A DNA stretch of 63,451 nt, the filler included, from Rhizaria sp. SCN 62-66 (taxonomy: Eukaryota): the NCBI GenBank assembly GCA_001724265.1. It is 2 parts of 2 records of this genome, joined end to end, with 100 filler letters (N's around TTAATTAATTAA, not from the genome) between each part and the next. Parts side by side here need not be neighbours in the genome. Positions count along the whole stretch, not along the records: positions 1 to 31,688 come from MEDY01000353.1; 1 more part is not named here. One strand, given 5' to 3'. A program made the position numbers and the translations under genes. Below the pieces are notes generated by a model, which saw only the letters and a program-made list of their open reading frames with translations, was not told the origin of the DNA and did not search any database. Numbering within the stretch: the stretch's first letter is position 1; each line of letters opens with the position of its first letter. Positions 10,556 through 22,736 of this stretch are shown here, in pieces.

Positions 10556-12161
10556 GCAGCAGCAGAAGCAACCTCAGTGGAAGCCTGCGCCTGCGGCCAA
10601 TACCGCTGCCGATGCCCTTGCAGCTGCAGCCAGATCCATCGCCACTGTCCCGGCCGCTAGCGCTCCGAACGCGACTGCTGCTGCGGCTGCTGCTCCGTCG
10701 ACCGTGGGCGCTGCCCTGGGTCCGTTCCCGCGCGGTCTCCGCTGCCTCGGCCCGCTGCCCGCGTCCCTCGCGCCGCAGATCCACCGCCTCCGCACCGCAC
10801 GCCTGCTCCACGCCCTCCCGCGCCGCCGCGTGTTGTTATCCGAGGTCCCCGCCCCGCTGCTCATGTGGCGCGCGCCCGCTGCCGCGCTGGACATTCCCTC
10901 GCAATTGCTCCGCACGCTCCGCGACGAGCTCGCGCTGCCAGACCTGTCCCGCGAGACCGTGGCGCAGATCGCGCTCAATGGGTACCAGCGCCGCGTGGCC
11001 GAGGTGCCGCACGCGGTGAAGCTCGGACCACAGGGCCCGCCTGCGATGTCGCTGGAGAAATTCTTCGTCAGTGTGCTGCGGGATGCGAACAGCAACGGCA
11101 ACCGCGCGCAGCTGCACTCGCAGTTTGACACGGCGGCGCCTGCGGTGTTCCTGCTGCTGCAGCACGAATCGCCCGTGCATCTGACCGGGCTCACCGCGCC
11201 CGTCTCCGCCGCCGCGGCCGCCGAGGGCGTTCACGGCGGCGGCGCCAGCAACGCAGCCGCCGCCAACTCCTCGAGCAGTCTGAGTAGCGGCGCGGCAAGC
11301 CAGCAGCCGCCTGTGGTGTTGGCGTGGGACTCCGAGTCTCCCACTGCGCGTTGCCCGCTTGCGCTCTTCCAGCATGACCTCGCGCGGTACGCCACTGCGG
11401 GCGAGCTGGGCCTTGGCATCCCGGCCGAAGACGACAACGATGACGGCCACAACAACGCCGCGACCGGTGCCGGTGTCGGTGCGAGGGGCGCGCTTGTCCC
11501 AGTTGTCGCGCTGCTGCGGCCGCCGTACCGCGCGGACTCCGCCGGCCCGCGGCCCGAGCCCGGGAGCGCGGCCGCCGCGGCGCTGGCCGCCGGCGAGCGC
11601 CACAGCGGCGCGGCACGGTGCATCGTTATCGTGCTGCGCGGCGCGCAGCTGCCCGCCGCCCTCGGCAGCGGTCTGGGCAAGGATGAGGTTGCGCCGAAGC
11701 TGCAGAAGAGTGCGGGGGACATCGCGGCGGTGTGGGACGCGCTGCCGCTGCGCCCGGCCTCCGCCTTGGCCAAGTCCGTCACCGCGGCGGCCTGGAGCAG
11801 CAACAGCGGCAACAACGGCGGTAATAATGGTAACAACGATGCGAACGAAGAAGAGGACGGCGCTTCGCCCGAGCTGGAGCAGCCGCAGCTGGCGACCTCG
11901 GTCCCCGCCCGCGCCGCCGCCGAGTCGGACGAGGACGACGGGGACAACGGCGCCGGCGAGCGTGCGCTCAACGCCTCCCGCGGCGCGATGGACAGCGTTG
12001 CCGCACTGAGCAACGCTGAGTTGTGGCTATCGAGGCAGGAAGCCACCGGTCTGCAGGTCAACCGCGACCTGCGCCGGAACGTGTTCGCGAACCCGCTGTA
12101 CTTTGTCGTGGTCAGCAGGGGCGTCAAGAGCGTGTTCAAGGTCGACCGCTGGCAGGATTGA
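6499..12161 (+). CDS. Large hypothetical protein (~1841 aa) with AEAKA-type helical repeat region and poly-Gln; exons 6499-9681, 9819-12161
   Basis: ORFs 6490..9729 and 9777..12161 are joined in frame by a phase-0 GTATGT...CCGCAG intron (9682-9818), reading VLDE|EDSV. First ATG is at 6499. Stop is TGA. Confidence 0.8.
7291..7790 (+). repeat. Degenerate Ala/Glu/Lys (AEAKA) coding repeat including (GCT)9 at 7513-7539
   Basis: Recurrent gctgaggccaag/gctgaggctaag units encoding AEAKAKA..., predicted to form a long helix or coiled coil. Confidence 0.85.
10331..10570 (+). repeat. CAG-rich poly-Gln tracts
   Basis: (CAG)n runs at about 10331-10382 and 10510-10570 within the coding frame. Confidence 0.9.
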
Positions 12162-12629
12162 GCACGGAGTGGCTGGGGTGAAAGTGAGTTGAGTAGTTTT
12201 TTTGGTGGGCCCAGGAAGGAATTGTTGAGATAGAGGGCCGATGGTGATACTATTTCGCTGAAAAAGATTTTGAATACTTTGATACCGTTTTTGAGAAATG
12301 AGAAAATCGTAAATTTATCCACGTTGGAATACAACTGCACATATGTTCAAGTCGGAATTACTGTTTTTTGGTCATGGTCGCTTCGAGCAGCGACAGACTA
12401 GCCGTTGGCACCAACAGACAGAGAGGGGGAAATCGGCGTCAACAAATGCTCGCCATAAATTCGTTCTTTGGATACGAAATTTGAGTATGTGAAAGAAAGT
12501 GCAATTTATTTGCCATTATTTATCTGTTTATTCCACGATCCCGCATTTCGCTCTCTATAGCTCCCTTGTTTCTACTGCTCTTGGTGAGGCGTTAAACGAA
12601 TCAGCAGCTTCTGCTTGTTGTCCCTCCTG

Positions 12630-15600
12630 ATGGACTCCACTTCTTCGCCTTCGCGCGCATCACTCGTGCCCGCGGATGCCAAGCACGCGTTGGACGCCGA
12701 GGCCGCGTACGAGTTCCACCGCTTGCGCCGTGTTCAGCACGAGGCAGCGTCCGAGGCAGACCTCCTCGTGGCCGCCGCACGCTCGCACCTCAACAACTCC
12801 CTCGCCTTCTCGCTCGCCCCCACCAACACCTACGCCGTCCAGCCGCTCTACCTGCCTGGTGAGACCCCCGTTGCGACGCCCAGTGGCGGTTCTAGCCCCC
12901 GCGCGCTGAGCCACGTCCCTCACCAGCCCTCCGGCCCCGGCGTCGCTGCCTCCATCCCGAGCAACAGCAAGCCCATCTCTTCCTCTGTCCCCGTCGCTGC
13001 TGCCGCGACTGCCACGGGCGCGCCTCCCAGCGCTGCCGCGTTGCGCCGCGCGTCCGTTGCCGCTCCGCACGCCAGTCTGCCTGCGTCTCCGCGCCCTATA
13101 GCCCAGTCTGACCTCGCCGCCTCGCGCCGTGGCAGTACTGTCGCTGCAACAGCGGCCGCACATGCTCCTGCCGCAGCTCCCAACGCTACCACGGCTGCGA
13201 GTGCTACCGGGACGCCGAGTCTCGCCGCGCTGGCGGTGCCCGCGCCCGCGCACGCGTCTGTGAGCTCGATCGCTGAGCAGGCGCTTCAGCTCCTCGCTCT
13301 CGGCTCCACTTACAGTCGCGCAACAAACGCACGCGCACACGCACACGCCAACGCAAACGCACAAGCGAACAACGCTGCGAGCTCCGGTGGTGTGGTTGCG
13401 TCTGCGCCGGATGCAGGCCCGCTCGCTGCCCCCGCCCGCGCCACTGCGGCCTCTGCGTTCGCGGCGGCTGACGGCGCTGAGCCCGACTCATACATGTACT
13501 CTCAGCAATCCCAGTATCAGCAACTGCAACAACAGCAACAGCAACAGCATCACCAAGTTGCATTGACGCCGGGCCTTGCACTCGCCGCTGAGGTCCGCGC
13601 ACGCGCCCGCGCCCGCAGCAGCGCGTTCCCCGCCGTCGACTCTGCATCCACGTCTGCAGCTGACGTGAATTACGACGAATGGGGTCTCGGCCCCTCGCAG
13701 CCCCACGCAGGTACTTACACTTACACTGCCACCGGAGCTACTTCCACACCGGGCGGCTCAATGCCGCTGGCCGGGGCTACGTACCCGTGGCCCTTGCCCT
13801 CCACTGCACTGCGCCACACCGGCGCTATCACGAGTTCCGGTACCCACGGTGTAAGTGCGAATACAAAGGTGAACGCGAGCGCTCATGGGCCTGCGTACAG
13901 CGTCCCGACGGCGTCTGCCGCGACACGCAGTCAGCACCACGAGCAGCAGCGCGCCGCGGCCGCTGCAGCCGCGGCCGCTGCCGCTGCCGCTGCCGGTCGT
14001 GTGTCGACGCTCGCGTCGGTCTCCGCTGGCATCGCGGCGACAGGCGCCCACGGTCACCCGCACTCCCACGCGCACGCCGCGGTGCTGTCCGCCGCCCCAG
14101 CTCCTTGGCAATCGACCCTCCAGCTGCAAGACGCCAGCTCCACCGCCGCCGCGGCCGGTGCCCCCGCGCTATCCACCCGTCTTCGTACGGCAATGGACCT
14201 CGCCACCCGCGAACAACGCCGTGCCAACGCTTTGCAGTCGCGGCTTACCGAGCTTGCGCGGGCGCGGGACGTTGACCGTGACCAAGTGCTCTCGGCGCGC
14301 CGCGTCGCCACCGAGCAGGCCGCCGCTGTTGATGAGCTCGCCGCCGCAGTAGCCGAGCTCGCCGGCGCTCTCGAGGAGCAGCGCGTGGGCCGCGCTGTCG
14401 ACGCATCCGAGGCCGCCGCGCGCGCCGCCGAGGCCGCCGCCGCCGCAAACCGCGACCTGGCCGCCTCACGAGCCGAGGCCGGTCGGTGGCGCGGCGCGGC
14501 CGAGGCGGCTGAGCGCGAGGCGGGCGCGGCGCGGGCCGCGGCGGAGCAGATGGAGCAGCGCGCGCTCGCTGCCGAAGAGCGGCTTGAGCTCTCAGCTGCG
14601 GCCGGTGCGCGCGCTGCTGCAGCCGCGGAGGCGCGCGCAGCGGCCGCGCTGTCCTGCGTCCGCGCCGAGGCCGAATCCGCTCGCAGCACGCTAGAGACTG
14701 AGCTGCAAGCGGAGGCCGCAGCGCTGCAAGAGCTCGCTGAGCGCGACCGCGCGCTGCGGGAGCAGGCCGAGCGTGCCACCGCCGCGGCCGAGGCCGGGCG
14801 CGCCGCGCTGGGCGCCGAGCTGGAGACGCTGACGGGCGCGATGACGCAGCTGGAGCAGGCGTGGGCTGCGGAGCGGCGCGCGGGCGAGGACGAGCGTCGC
14901 CGCGCCGCAGAGGCCCTGGCGCTAGAGCAGGCGCGTGCGGTGCGGCTCGAGAAAGAGCTGCGCAGGCACGAGCGCGCCGCACTGCAGCGCGCGCGCAACG
15001 GTGGCAATAATAACCCCAACGCGGTCACCAGCGCAACTGCGTTGACGCTGTCTGGGTGTGACAGCGCCTCTGCGGTGGGCGCGGGTGCGCTGCCACTGTC
15101 GCTGGCGCAACAGGCCGTGTTTGACGGGCTTAAAGCGCGACTGGCCGACAGCGAGTTCCTGGTCACCGAGCTCACTGACCGACTTGAGTCCACCGCGGCT
15201 GCACTGGCGCTGGCGGTCAAGGAGGAGGGCGCGCTGGCATCGCTGACGCGGCTGCGCGAGGCCGAGGCCGAGGTCGAGGCGCTCAGGGCCAGGCTCGCTG
15301 GGTACCGCGCCGGAGACCCCGCACAGGCACCTCTTGCACACTCACAATCGGCGTTCTCACAGTCGCAGAGTCTGCAGTCTCTGGCGGCGGGTGTCGGGGC
15401 TGACGCTGCGGCCACTGTGGCCGCCCAGGAGAAGGTACGACTGCATCGCAGTCTGAAACTATTGTATCAAAACTCCAATAATGCATTTTGCTCATGAAAT
15501 AATGTAATTTTATTCTTTTCCGGTGCTAATATTGTTCTTTGTTTTCTCTGTTTTTCTAACTTCTTTCTAGGTCGCGCTTGCGGACTCTGCGTCTGCGCGC

Positions 15601-16407
15601 GTGCTCGCCGCCCACGGTCCTCTGGCCGCTGCGGCGCGCGAAGTCTCCTTCGCCGCCATTGACGCCGCGCTCTCGCTCGCTCCCACAGCGGCCGACGACG
15701 CGAGCACGCTGCGCGAGAAGCTCGCCCGCGCCGCCCCCGCGCTCGGTGCTGCGGGGCAAGTCCTCGCGCGCGCTGGGTCCCACTGCGAGGCCGCGGCGGA
15801 CGCGCTCACCGCGCTGCGTCGCGCCGCCGCGGCTGCCGTGGCGCGCGCGGTTGCGGCGGACGCGGCCGCGGGGGCGCTGGAGCGTCGGTGTGTCGCCGCC
15901 GAGGAAGGCGCGATGGAGGCGCTTGACCGGGCGGAGGCTCTGTCGCGGCGCATCGAGGGCCGTCTTGGCGGCAATGTCAGCACACAGCAACAACTGCAGC
16001 AACAACAGCAGTCACAACTAGCCACGGATGCTCCTAGAGCTGGCCTCAACGCCTCGGTCGCCAGCGCACAGCCCGGTCAATCTAGCTCTAGCTCTAGCTC
16101 TAGCTCTAGCGCAAATGCAGGTGCGACACTAGGGGAGGCTGCCCGCGCGATCCGCCACGTCCGGTCCCCCCAGCGCGCGGCGGGGCCCGGGGGCGCGCTG
16201 TCTGTCGCGGCCGCCCGGTCCGTCTTTGCCGCGCGCTCCGCCATCGGAGCACACGCCGCCGCTGCGATGCGCACTCCGGTGCAACACACGGGTTCTGGCA
16301 TGGGTACCGCGGGGTCGCTGAGTGCGAGGCGCGGTTCCGGTGTTGGCGCCGGTGCGGGTGCGGGTACGAGTGCGAGTAAGGCTAAGGGGGTGACAAAAAA
16401 CTGGTAA
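12630..16407 (+). CDS. Coiled-coil/low-complexity protein; exons 12630-15434, 15571-16407 (~1213 aa), probably the 5' part of a longer gene continuing to 22130
   Basis: A phase-0 GTACGA...CTAAC...TTCTAG intron (15435-15570) joins ORF 12615..15497 to ORF 15601..16407 (AQEK|VALADSA). There is an extended Ala/Glu/Arg heptad-like region at about 14190-15300. Confidence 0.75.
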
Positions 16408-19058
16408 GGGGGCCGGGAGGTGATTGTGACCGCTATGGAAACACCTACTTTGGCAATGAGAACAACAACAACAACAACAGCAATTATAGCAACGACAACA
16501 GCGACTACGACAGCAAATATTATGAAGGCAGTGTGAGTGAAGAGAGAGATACAGAGCAACGGCAACAACAGGGTTTTGGCTCTGTCGTACCTTTGTCAAG
16601 CTTTATCTCTACTACTTTTGCTCCAAACAAGGCTGCTGCTACTGCTCATAATGCTGATGTCACTGGCTTTGGCGTTGTCCACGCTGTTGATGATCTTGTC
16701 AGTAGAACACAGTCGCACGAATCCCCCCCGTCCCCCCGTTTACCCCCTCACACCGCCGCTGCTACCGCGCAACAACAACAGCAGCAACAGCAGCAAGAAC
16801 AACGGCTGCAGCCGCTGACGCAGCAGCAGACTGCGGTTGCCGCGGTTGCGGCGCGCGCCACACAGTCGGCTCAGGCCGCGCTAGCTGCCCACAGGGCCAG
16901 GCTCGCTGCCGGTCCGGGCTACCACATGCAGCAACAGCAACAACAGCTGCAGCAGCAAGCGAAGCAACAACAACAGCAACAGCAACAACAACAGCAACAA
17001 GAGCCAGAGAAAGAGAAGCAGGAACGCAGTGACCGTGAGCACCAAAGTCACCTTGAGCAGCAGTATGTGCCCACTGCGAATCACAACACATTCGTGCCGT
17101 CTGTCTCAACTCCAACCCACGCTCCTACTCAGGCTACCAGTGACAGTAATACCCCACGTCACAACCAGATTCAGGGCGCTAGGTTCAATTCCGGTTCTGC
17201 GCTTGGCTTGAGTGATTTACAGTCACTCGAACAGTCGTTTGACGTCTCCCAGGTCTCGGCCTCGGCCGCGCCGTCATCCGCCGCTTCCTCAACATCGGGT
17301 GCCGCATATGTCTCTGCTGCAGAGGTTTCTAGCTCTCGCTCTCGGACTGGCTCTGATATCAGCGCTGGCTCTGACTCCGGCTCTCGTTCTCATTTGGGCG
17401 CTGCTATGGGAAGCACTGACAACGCCAGCTCGTTAGAGCCACATCAGCACCAGCAGTCGCAGCATCATCAGCAACGCCAGCAATGGCAGCATCATCAGCA
17501 TCACCAGCAACATCAGCAGCAGCAGACTGTGCCGGCCCCCGCGCCCGTGTCTGTCACTGTGTCTCGCGCGATCGCCCTGGCCGCTGCACAACGCTCCGCC
17601 GCCACCTCAGCTATACTGACGCCCATGTCTGCTTTCACTGCAACGACGCCGCGTAAAGCTGCGATCGACGCTGTCGACAGCAGCGGCGACGACGATGACG
17701 ATGAGGAAGCCGCGACCGGCAACAGCAACAGTAACGCAGTATCTACAACTATTGCCAAGCAGCCCGCGCCCGCGCCTGCGCTTGTGCCCGGGCCGGAGCC
17801 AGAGTCTGACTCCGAGTGCGACGGCGAGGGCGGCGTGTTCGCGCCCTTTGCGGCGCAGGACTGCAGACGCAAGCGTCGGGACAGTGCCAACGCCGCTGCC
17901 GCTGCCGCCGCCGCTGCCGCCACCGCTGCTGCTGCCGCTGCTGCTGCTCGCGCGGCTGCCGAGGCTCAGGCTTCGTCCGAGGCCGCGGCCATTGCTGCGG
18001 CTGCCCAGGCTGCTGAAAATGAGAAGCAACAACAGGAACTACAAAGGAAGGCATTGGAACAGGTGCAGGCTGGACCGAAGTCCCCTCGGCCCGAGACTGC
18101 AGTGCTGAGCTCTGGCTCGAACAACCAGACCCCAGTCCGCCCCCAGGCCTTCAGTGACCGTGAGTGCAGTGACCGTGGACGCAGTGGCCGTGAGCGTGAC
18201 AGCGCGCTGCCGGCGTCGCCCCGGTCCCCACAGTCGCCGCTGACCGTGATTGCGCCGGCCCTGCCCCCCGGGGGCCACGGGCGCGCACAGTCACCCGTCA
18301 GCGCACAGTCACCCGTCAGCGCACAGTCACCCGTCAGCTCACAGTCGCAGCCGCCACAGTCACCACGGTCACCACGGTCACAATGGCAGTTGCTGTCGCG
18401 GTCGCCAGGAGCGGCTTCGATGTCCCCCGTTGCGCCGCCGCACTCGCTCCCGCTGCCACAGTCGCCGCCGCCGCTCTCCGCTCCCGCCCCAGCGGCCCCG
18501 GCGCTGACTGTGGGCGCTGCTTTGGCGGCGTCACCGGCGGCGCAGTCTGCAGCGGCTCTTGCTCCTGCGAGCCCGACCGTGAGTGCGTCGACACCGGTCT
18601 CGGCGCTGCCGCCGCGAGCGCAGACCGCGCGCGCCGCCGTCAGCGGCACCGGCGCCGCGAATGCGATGCCTCCGCGGTATCCGCCGCATGCAGGTGTTCA
18701 CGGTCACTCTGCTGCGGCCCACGGTCACCAGTCGCAGTCTTACGGCCACGGCGCGAGCCGTGCGCTGCCTGCTTCCGCACGCGCCTCGTCTCCGAGCCCG
18801 AGTCACAGCTACAGCTACAGTCACACTGAGTATGTTGACCATTATGACGAGCATGGTTCGCCGCGTCGCAGGAGCAGCAGCCGCGGCCCGAGCCCGCATA
18901 CCCACGCACACGGTCGCTCGCCGTCACTGCCGCGGCCCCACAACGCTTCTTACGCTCAGGGCCACGCTTCTGCGCTCTCTCCGCCGCAGTCAAGATCACA
19001 GTTGCAGCCAGCGGGGCGCCCTCCACTGCGCCCGCAGCATGACAGCCAACAACAACTG

Positions 19059-19092
<34 letters not shown>

Positions 19093-22000
19093 CGCAGCGC
19101 GTGACGCGTGCGCAGCAGCGCGACCGCGCGCGCGAGTTCGGCTGGGACAGCGAGACTTCCCCCGCCCGTCCCCCGCTGCGTCCGCCCGCGCAGGCGCAGG
19201 AGCAGGCCGCGCTCGACGCCGCAGTCGCCAACGCCGCTCTGGCCGCATTCGCTCTCGACGCAAGCGGCGCGGCTGACTCGGCGAACGGCAGCTTCGGTGC
19301 CGCAGCGGCACCGGGTTATAACGCCGACGACGATGCGAATGGTAGCTTTGGTAATGCCACTACTGCTCACGGTCGCTCTTCTGGGTTTACGAATCGCCCG
19401 CCTGTCGCAGTGCCTGTCCTTGACTTGGCACCGCACAGCCCCGCATCCAACATTAAGCCAACCGCTAATGGGGCTGCGGCCGACGGCGCAGAGGGTGTGT
19501 TTGCCAGTCTCGGCGGCTCTCACGCCGCTCTCAACGCAGCACACGCACCATTTGCACTGTTTTCATCCCCCGTTGCCCACGGTCACTCAGCGCGGACGGC
19601 TGCTCCGGCCTCTCCGTCAATTCGCTCTCTGGCCTCTGCCTTTGACGCCGCTGCCTCCGCCCGCCGTGCCGCACTGTCGGGCGCCGCTGCCGACCGCGCA
19701 GCCGTCCACGCCTACACCGCCACAGCCCACGGTCTGCGCTTCCAGTCCATCGGCGAACGCGCGTCTGCGCCCAGTGTGCGTGAACAGCGCGCTGCGCAGC
19801 GTGGTGCGCTGCGGCGTCAGGCCGCGCGGCTGTGGACCGAGTTCTGGGCTCTGGTCGACGCGTTTTATGTTAAGGAGGCGGGGATCAACGACGGCGTGAC
19901 GTACGACGCTGAGAACAACGTCTACTACGTCGCATCGCCGCGGCCTAACTTTGAGCACACTGACACAGGCGCTGGCAACGCTGCTGCAACAGGCGCAGGG
20001 GCGGTGAATCTTGCCGATACGAGTCTGCTGGATACGTCTACACTGTACGGCAACGGTTTGAGCGCGAAATTCGTGCCCGGCACTCCCGGACGTTTGCGCC
20101 AGCCTTCCCGCGCCGCGCTGCCCGCGTCGCCCAGCTTCTCCGCCGCCGGCGCCGCCGCGGCCGCGTCCGCCCGGTCCGCGCGCGCGCGCTCCCGCACTCA
20201 CCGCGGCTCTGCGCCCTCGGCGGCCTCTGGCTCCGCTGCTCCCGCGCACGCCATCCCCGGCGCCCCCGCCGCCGTGCCGCCCAGCGCGCTGCCGGCGGGC
20301 GCGCGCGCGCACCTCCCGCTGCTGGCGCCGCTGGACGCCGCGGTGCTGTCGCGCGCGGACGTGGTCCGACTCGCGCCGCTGCTGCGCCTGCTGCCGCCGG
20401 CGGCCCGCACGCGCCGCCGGCCGGGGGCGACTGTTGGGGCGACTGTCGCCGCCGCTGAGGCAGGGCTGGTGGGGACGCTCGCCGCTGAAGGGACGGCGCG
20501 CGGCTCGCATCAGCGGTTTATCCGCGGTCTCCGCGGCGCTGGCGCCGACTCTGACGCTGATCGCGCTGCTCTCGCTCACGGGGCGGCTGCTGCGAATGAG
20601 GCCGAGGTGGAAGAGGCGCCGCCGGGTGTGTTTGAGCTCGCTGGCCGGCCGGGCTCCACAGTCACGCTCGACTGGCCCCGTGTCGCGTCCCCGCGCTCGC
20701 ATTCACGCTCACATTCGCGCGGCCGCATGACTGCGCAGTCGCCCTACAGCACCGTCCGTCGCGGCGACCGTGGACAGGAGGACGAATCCTGCGACTCCAC
20801 CACCAGTGCGCTGAATACCTCTTGCGCCGCCGTGACCGCGGTCGGCGGCGGTCTCGACCCCGCCGCAGTGGCGCGCCTCGCCCCCGCAGACGTGCTGGCG
20901 CTCAGGCTCGACATGCTGACTGTGCGCAAAGGAGCCGGCGCCGGTGGTGTGCCGCTGTTCACGTTCTGGGCGCAGCGGCTTAACTTCCTGCTCCGGTCCG
21001 CTGCGGAGGCAGAGCAACTGCAGGAGCGACACAACGCGCTGCTCGCGCTCACGGCGTCCTCCGGAGCCCCGGGCTCTGGCGCGGACAAGCCGGACTATGT
21101 GCCGATCATCACGCTCGCGTCCGGCGCTGCGGTGACGCCGGCCCGTGCTTCGACTGCCACTGCCAGAGCCGCTCCTGCTGCGAATAGCTCTCGTCCAAAC
21201 GCTGTTAATGCTGGCTTAGCCAGTGGTGCGCACAGTGCTGAGGCGAGTCTTCTGGACTTGGCCACTGCAGCGCGCGCCCGTGAGGCTCACACGAACAGCA
21301 CACGCGCGTATGCAGATGGCTACATCAGCAGCAGTAGCAGCAGTAGCAGTAGCTTTGGCAACGGCAGCGCTCGCCCTGGCCCGAGTGCAAATGCCATGAC
21401 GACCCCTGCGCAGCTGTCACACGCTGGCTCCATCACCGGCACTCCGTTTTACACTCCCACACAGCATCAACAGCTTTTCGATGGCGGCACCCAGCCGCAG
21501 TCGCTACCGCAGTCTCCGGCGCCGTTGACGGCGCACGGCAGCGAGCGCCGCGGTCTCCCCCCCGGCACCGCGACCCCTGACTCTCCGATGTTGTCGTACG
21601 GCGACCTGCAGGATAACAACGCGCATCCCGGTGACGGTGGCCTCATGACGCCACCGCGCCCGTACAGCGTTTCCCCTGCGCCCTCCACCGCTATGCCAGC
21701 GACCGCGACAGCGACGGTGACCGACGAGCCTTCCTCCGCCTCGGCCTCGGCCGCACTGCAGCTGCCTTCAGGGGCGGTGCCCGCGCCGTTCAGCGCGCGC
21801 AGCGGCGCGAGCGCGGTGAGCTTCGGCGCTAGCAGTCTCGGCGGGCCCTGGGACCCCCAGGCCGCGACGGGAGGGCTCACAAGCGCGGACGCGGCCGCCG
21901 CTGCGGCGGCGGCGGGCCAGCGCCGGCAGCAGGGGCTGAGCCGTCTGCTTGCGCTGATGGCGGCCACCAAGACCGACGCTGAGGTGCGGCTGGAGGCCGA

Positions 22001-22130
22001 GGCCGCGGCAACGGAGGCGAGGGCGGCGGCGGAGGCGAGGGCGGCCGAGGAAGAGGCCGCGCGTGACAGGGCAGGGGCACATGAAGCTGTGGCAATGCTC
22101 AAAGCGCTTGCGAATGGGCAGCGCAGGTGA
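16386..22130 (+). CDS. Very large Ser/Pro/Gln/Ala low-complexity ORF (~1900 codons) with no ATG near its 5' end; likely continuation of the upstream gene via a -1 frame junction
   Basis: The frame is open from 16386 (after TAA 16383-16385) to TGA 22128-22130. The first in-frame ATG is more than 170 codons into the open frame. There is no AT-rich spacer from the upstream CDS. Ordered islands are RLWTEFWALVDAFYVKEAGINDGVTYDAENNVYYV and DVLALRLDMLTVRK...PLFTFWAQRLNFLLR. Confidence 0.7.
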
Positions 22131-22157
22131 GCGATGTATGCCATCGTTGATCATCAA

Positions 22158-22194
22158 ATCACGCATATGACGACATCACGCATATGACGACATC
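22158..22194. repeat. 17-bp direct tandem duplication (ATCACGCATATGACGAC x2 + ATC) just downstream of the stop codon
   Basis: Read directly from the sequence. Confidence 0.9.
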
Positions 22195-22736
22195 TTCGAT
22201 TGGTTTATGTTGAGAATATTTTTTAGTTACACCACATTTCATTCAATAGATTCGCAGTAGCACAATACACGCACTTACAATTCATGCAAGCAAGATGAGT
22301 TTCGGGAAGCCAGTTAAGTTCATTTCACTGGCAAATGAATTTGCTTACGTTTTGATTTGAATGACATGTATTAGGTATGCGAATCGGAGCATATTGACAT
22401 CAATAGGATACACGTATTGGATGTGCGTGCGTGTAGTAACGTTGTTGAGTACAGTACCACAACGATCACCACACACCACCACACATACAGTGATTTGGAT
22501 CTTGTTTGTGCTCAGTCCAACTTGCAGGCGAACGAGAACGCACGACGACAGTCAGACTGTACACGATTTACCCCTTCCAGACCAGATCGTTGGCAAACTT
22601 TGCAGTCGACACAGAAAAGCAAGCAATGTTGTAGTAGTCAAGAAAAGAAACAAATCACAAGCGAGCAAGCAAGCGTCAAAGCTTACTTCCTTACATGCAG
22701 TTCATGTTCTTTTCTTTAGTTACTTCAGAACTTTAC

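Noticed and set aside
18284-18345. 18-nt tandem repeats (AQSPVS x3), (TCTAGC)5 at 16081-16110 and other short arrays as CRISPR-like or mobile repeats
   Set aside because: They are in-frame coding micro/minisatellites with no unique spacers, terminal repeats or associated genes.
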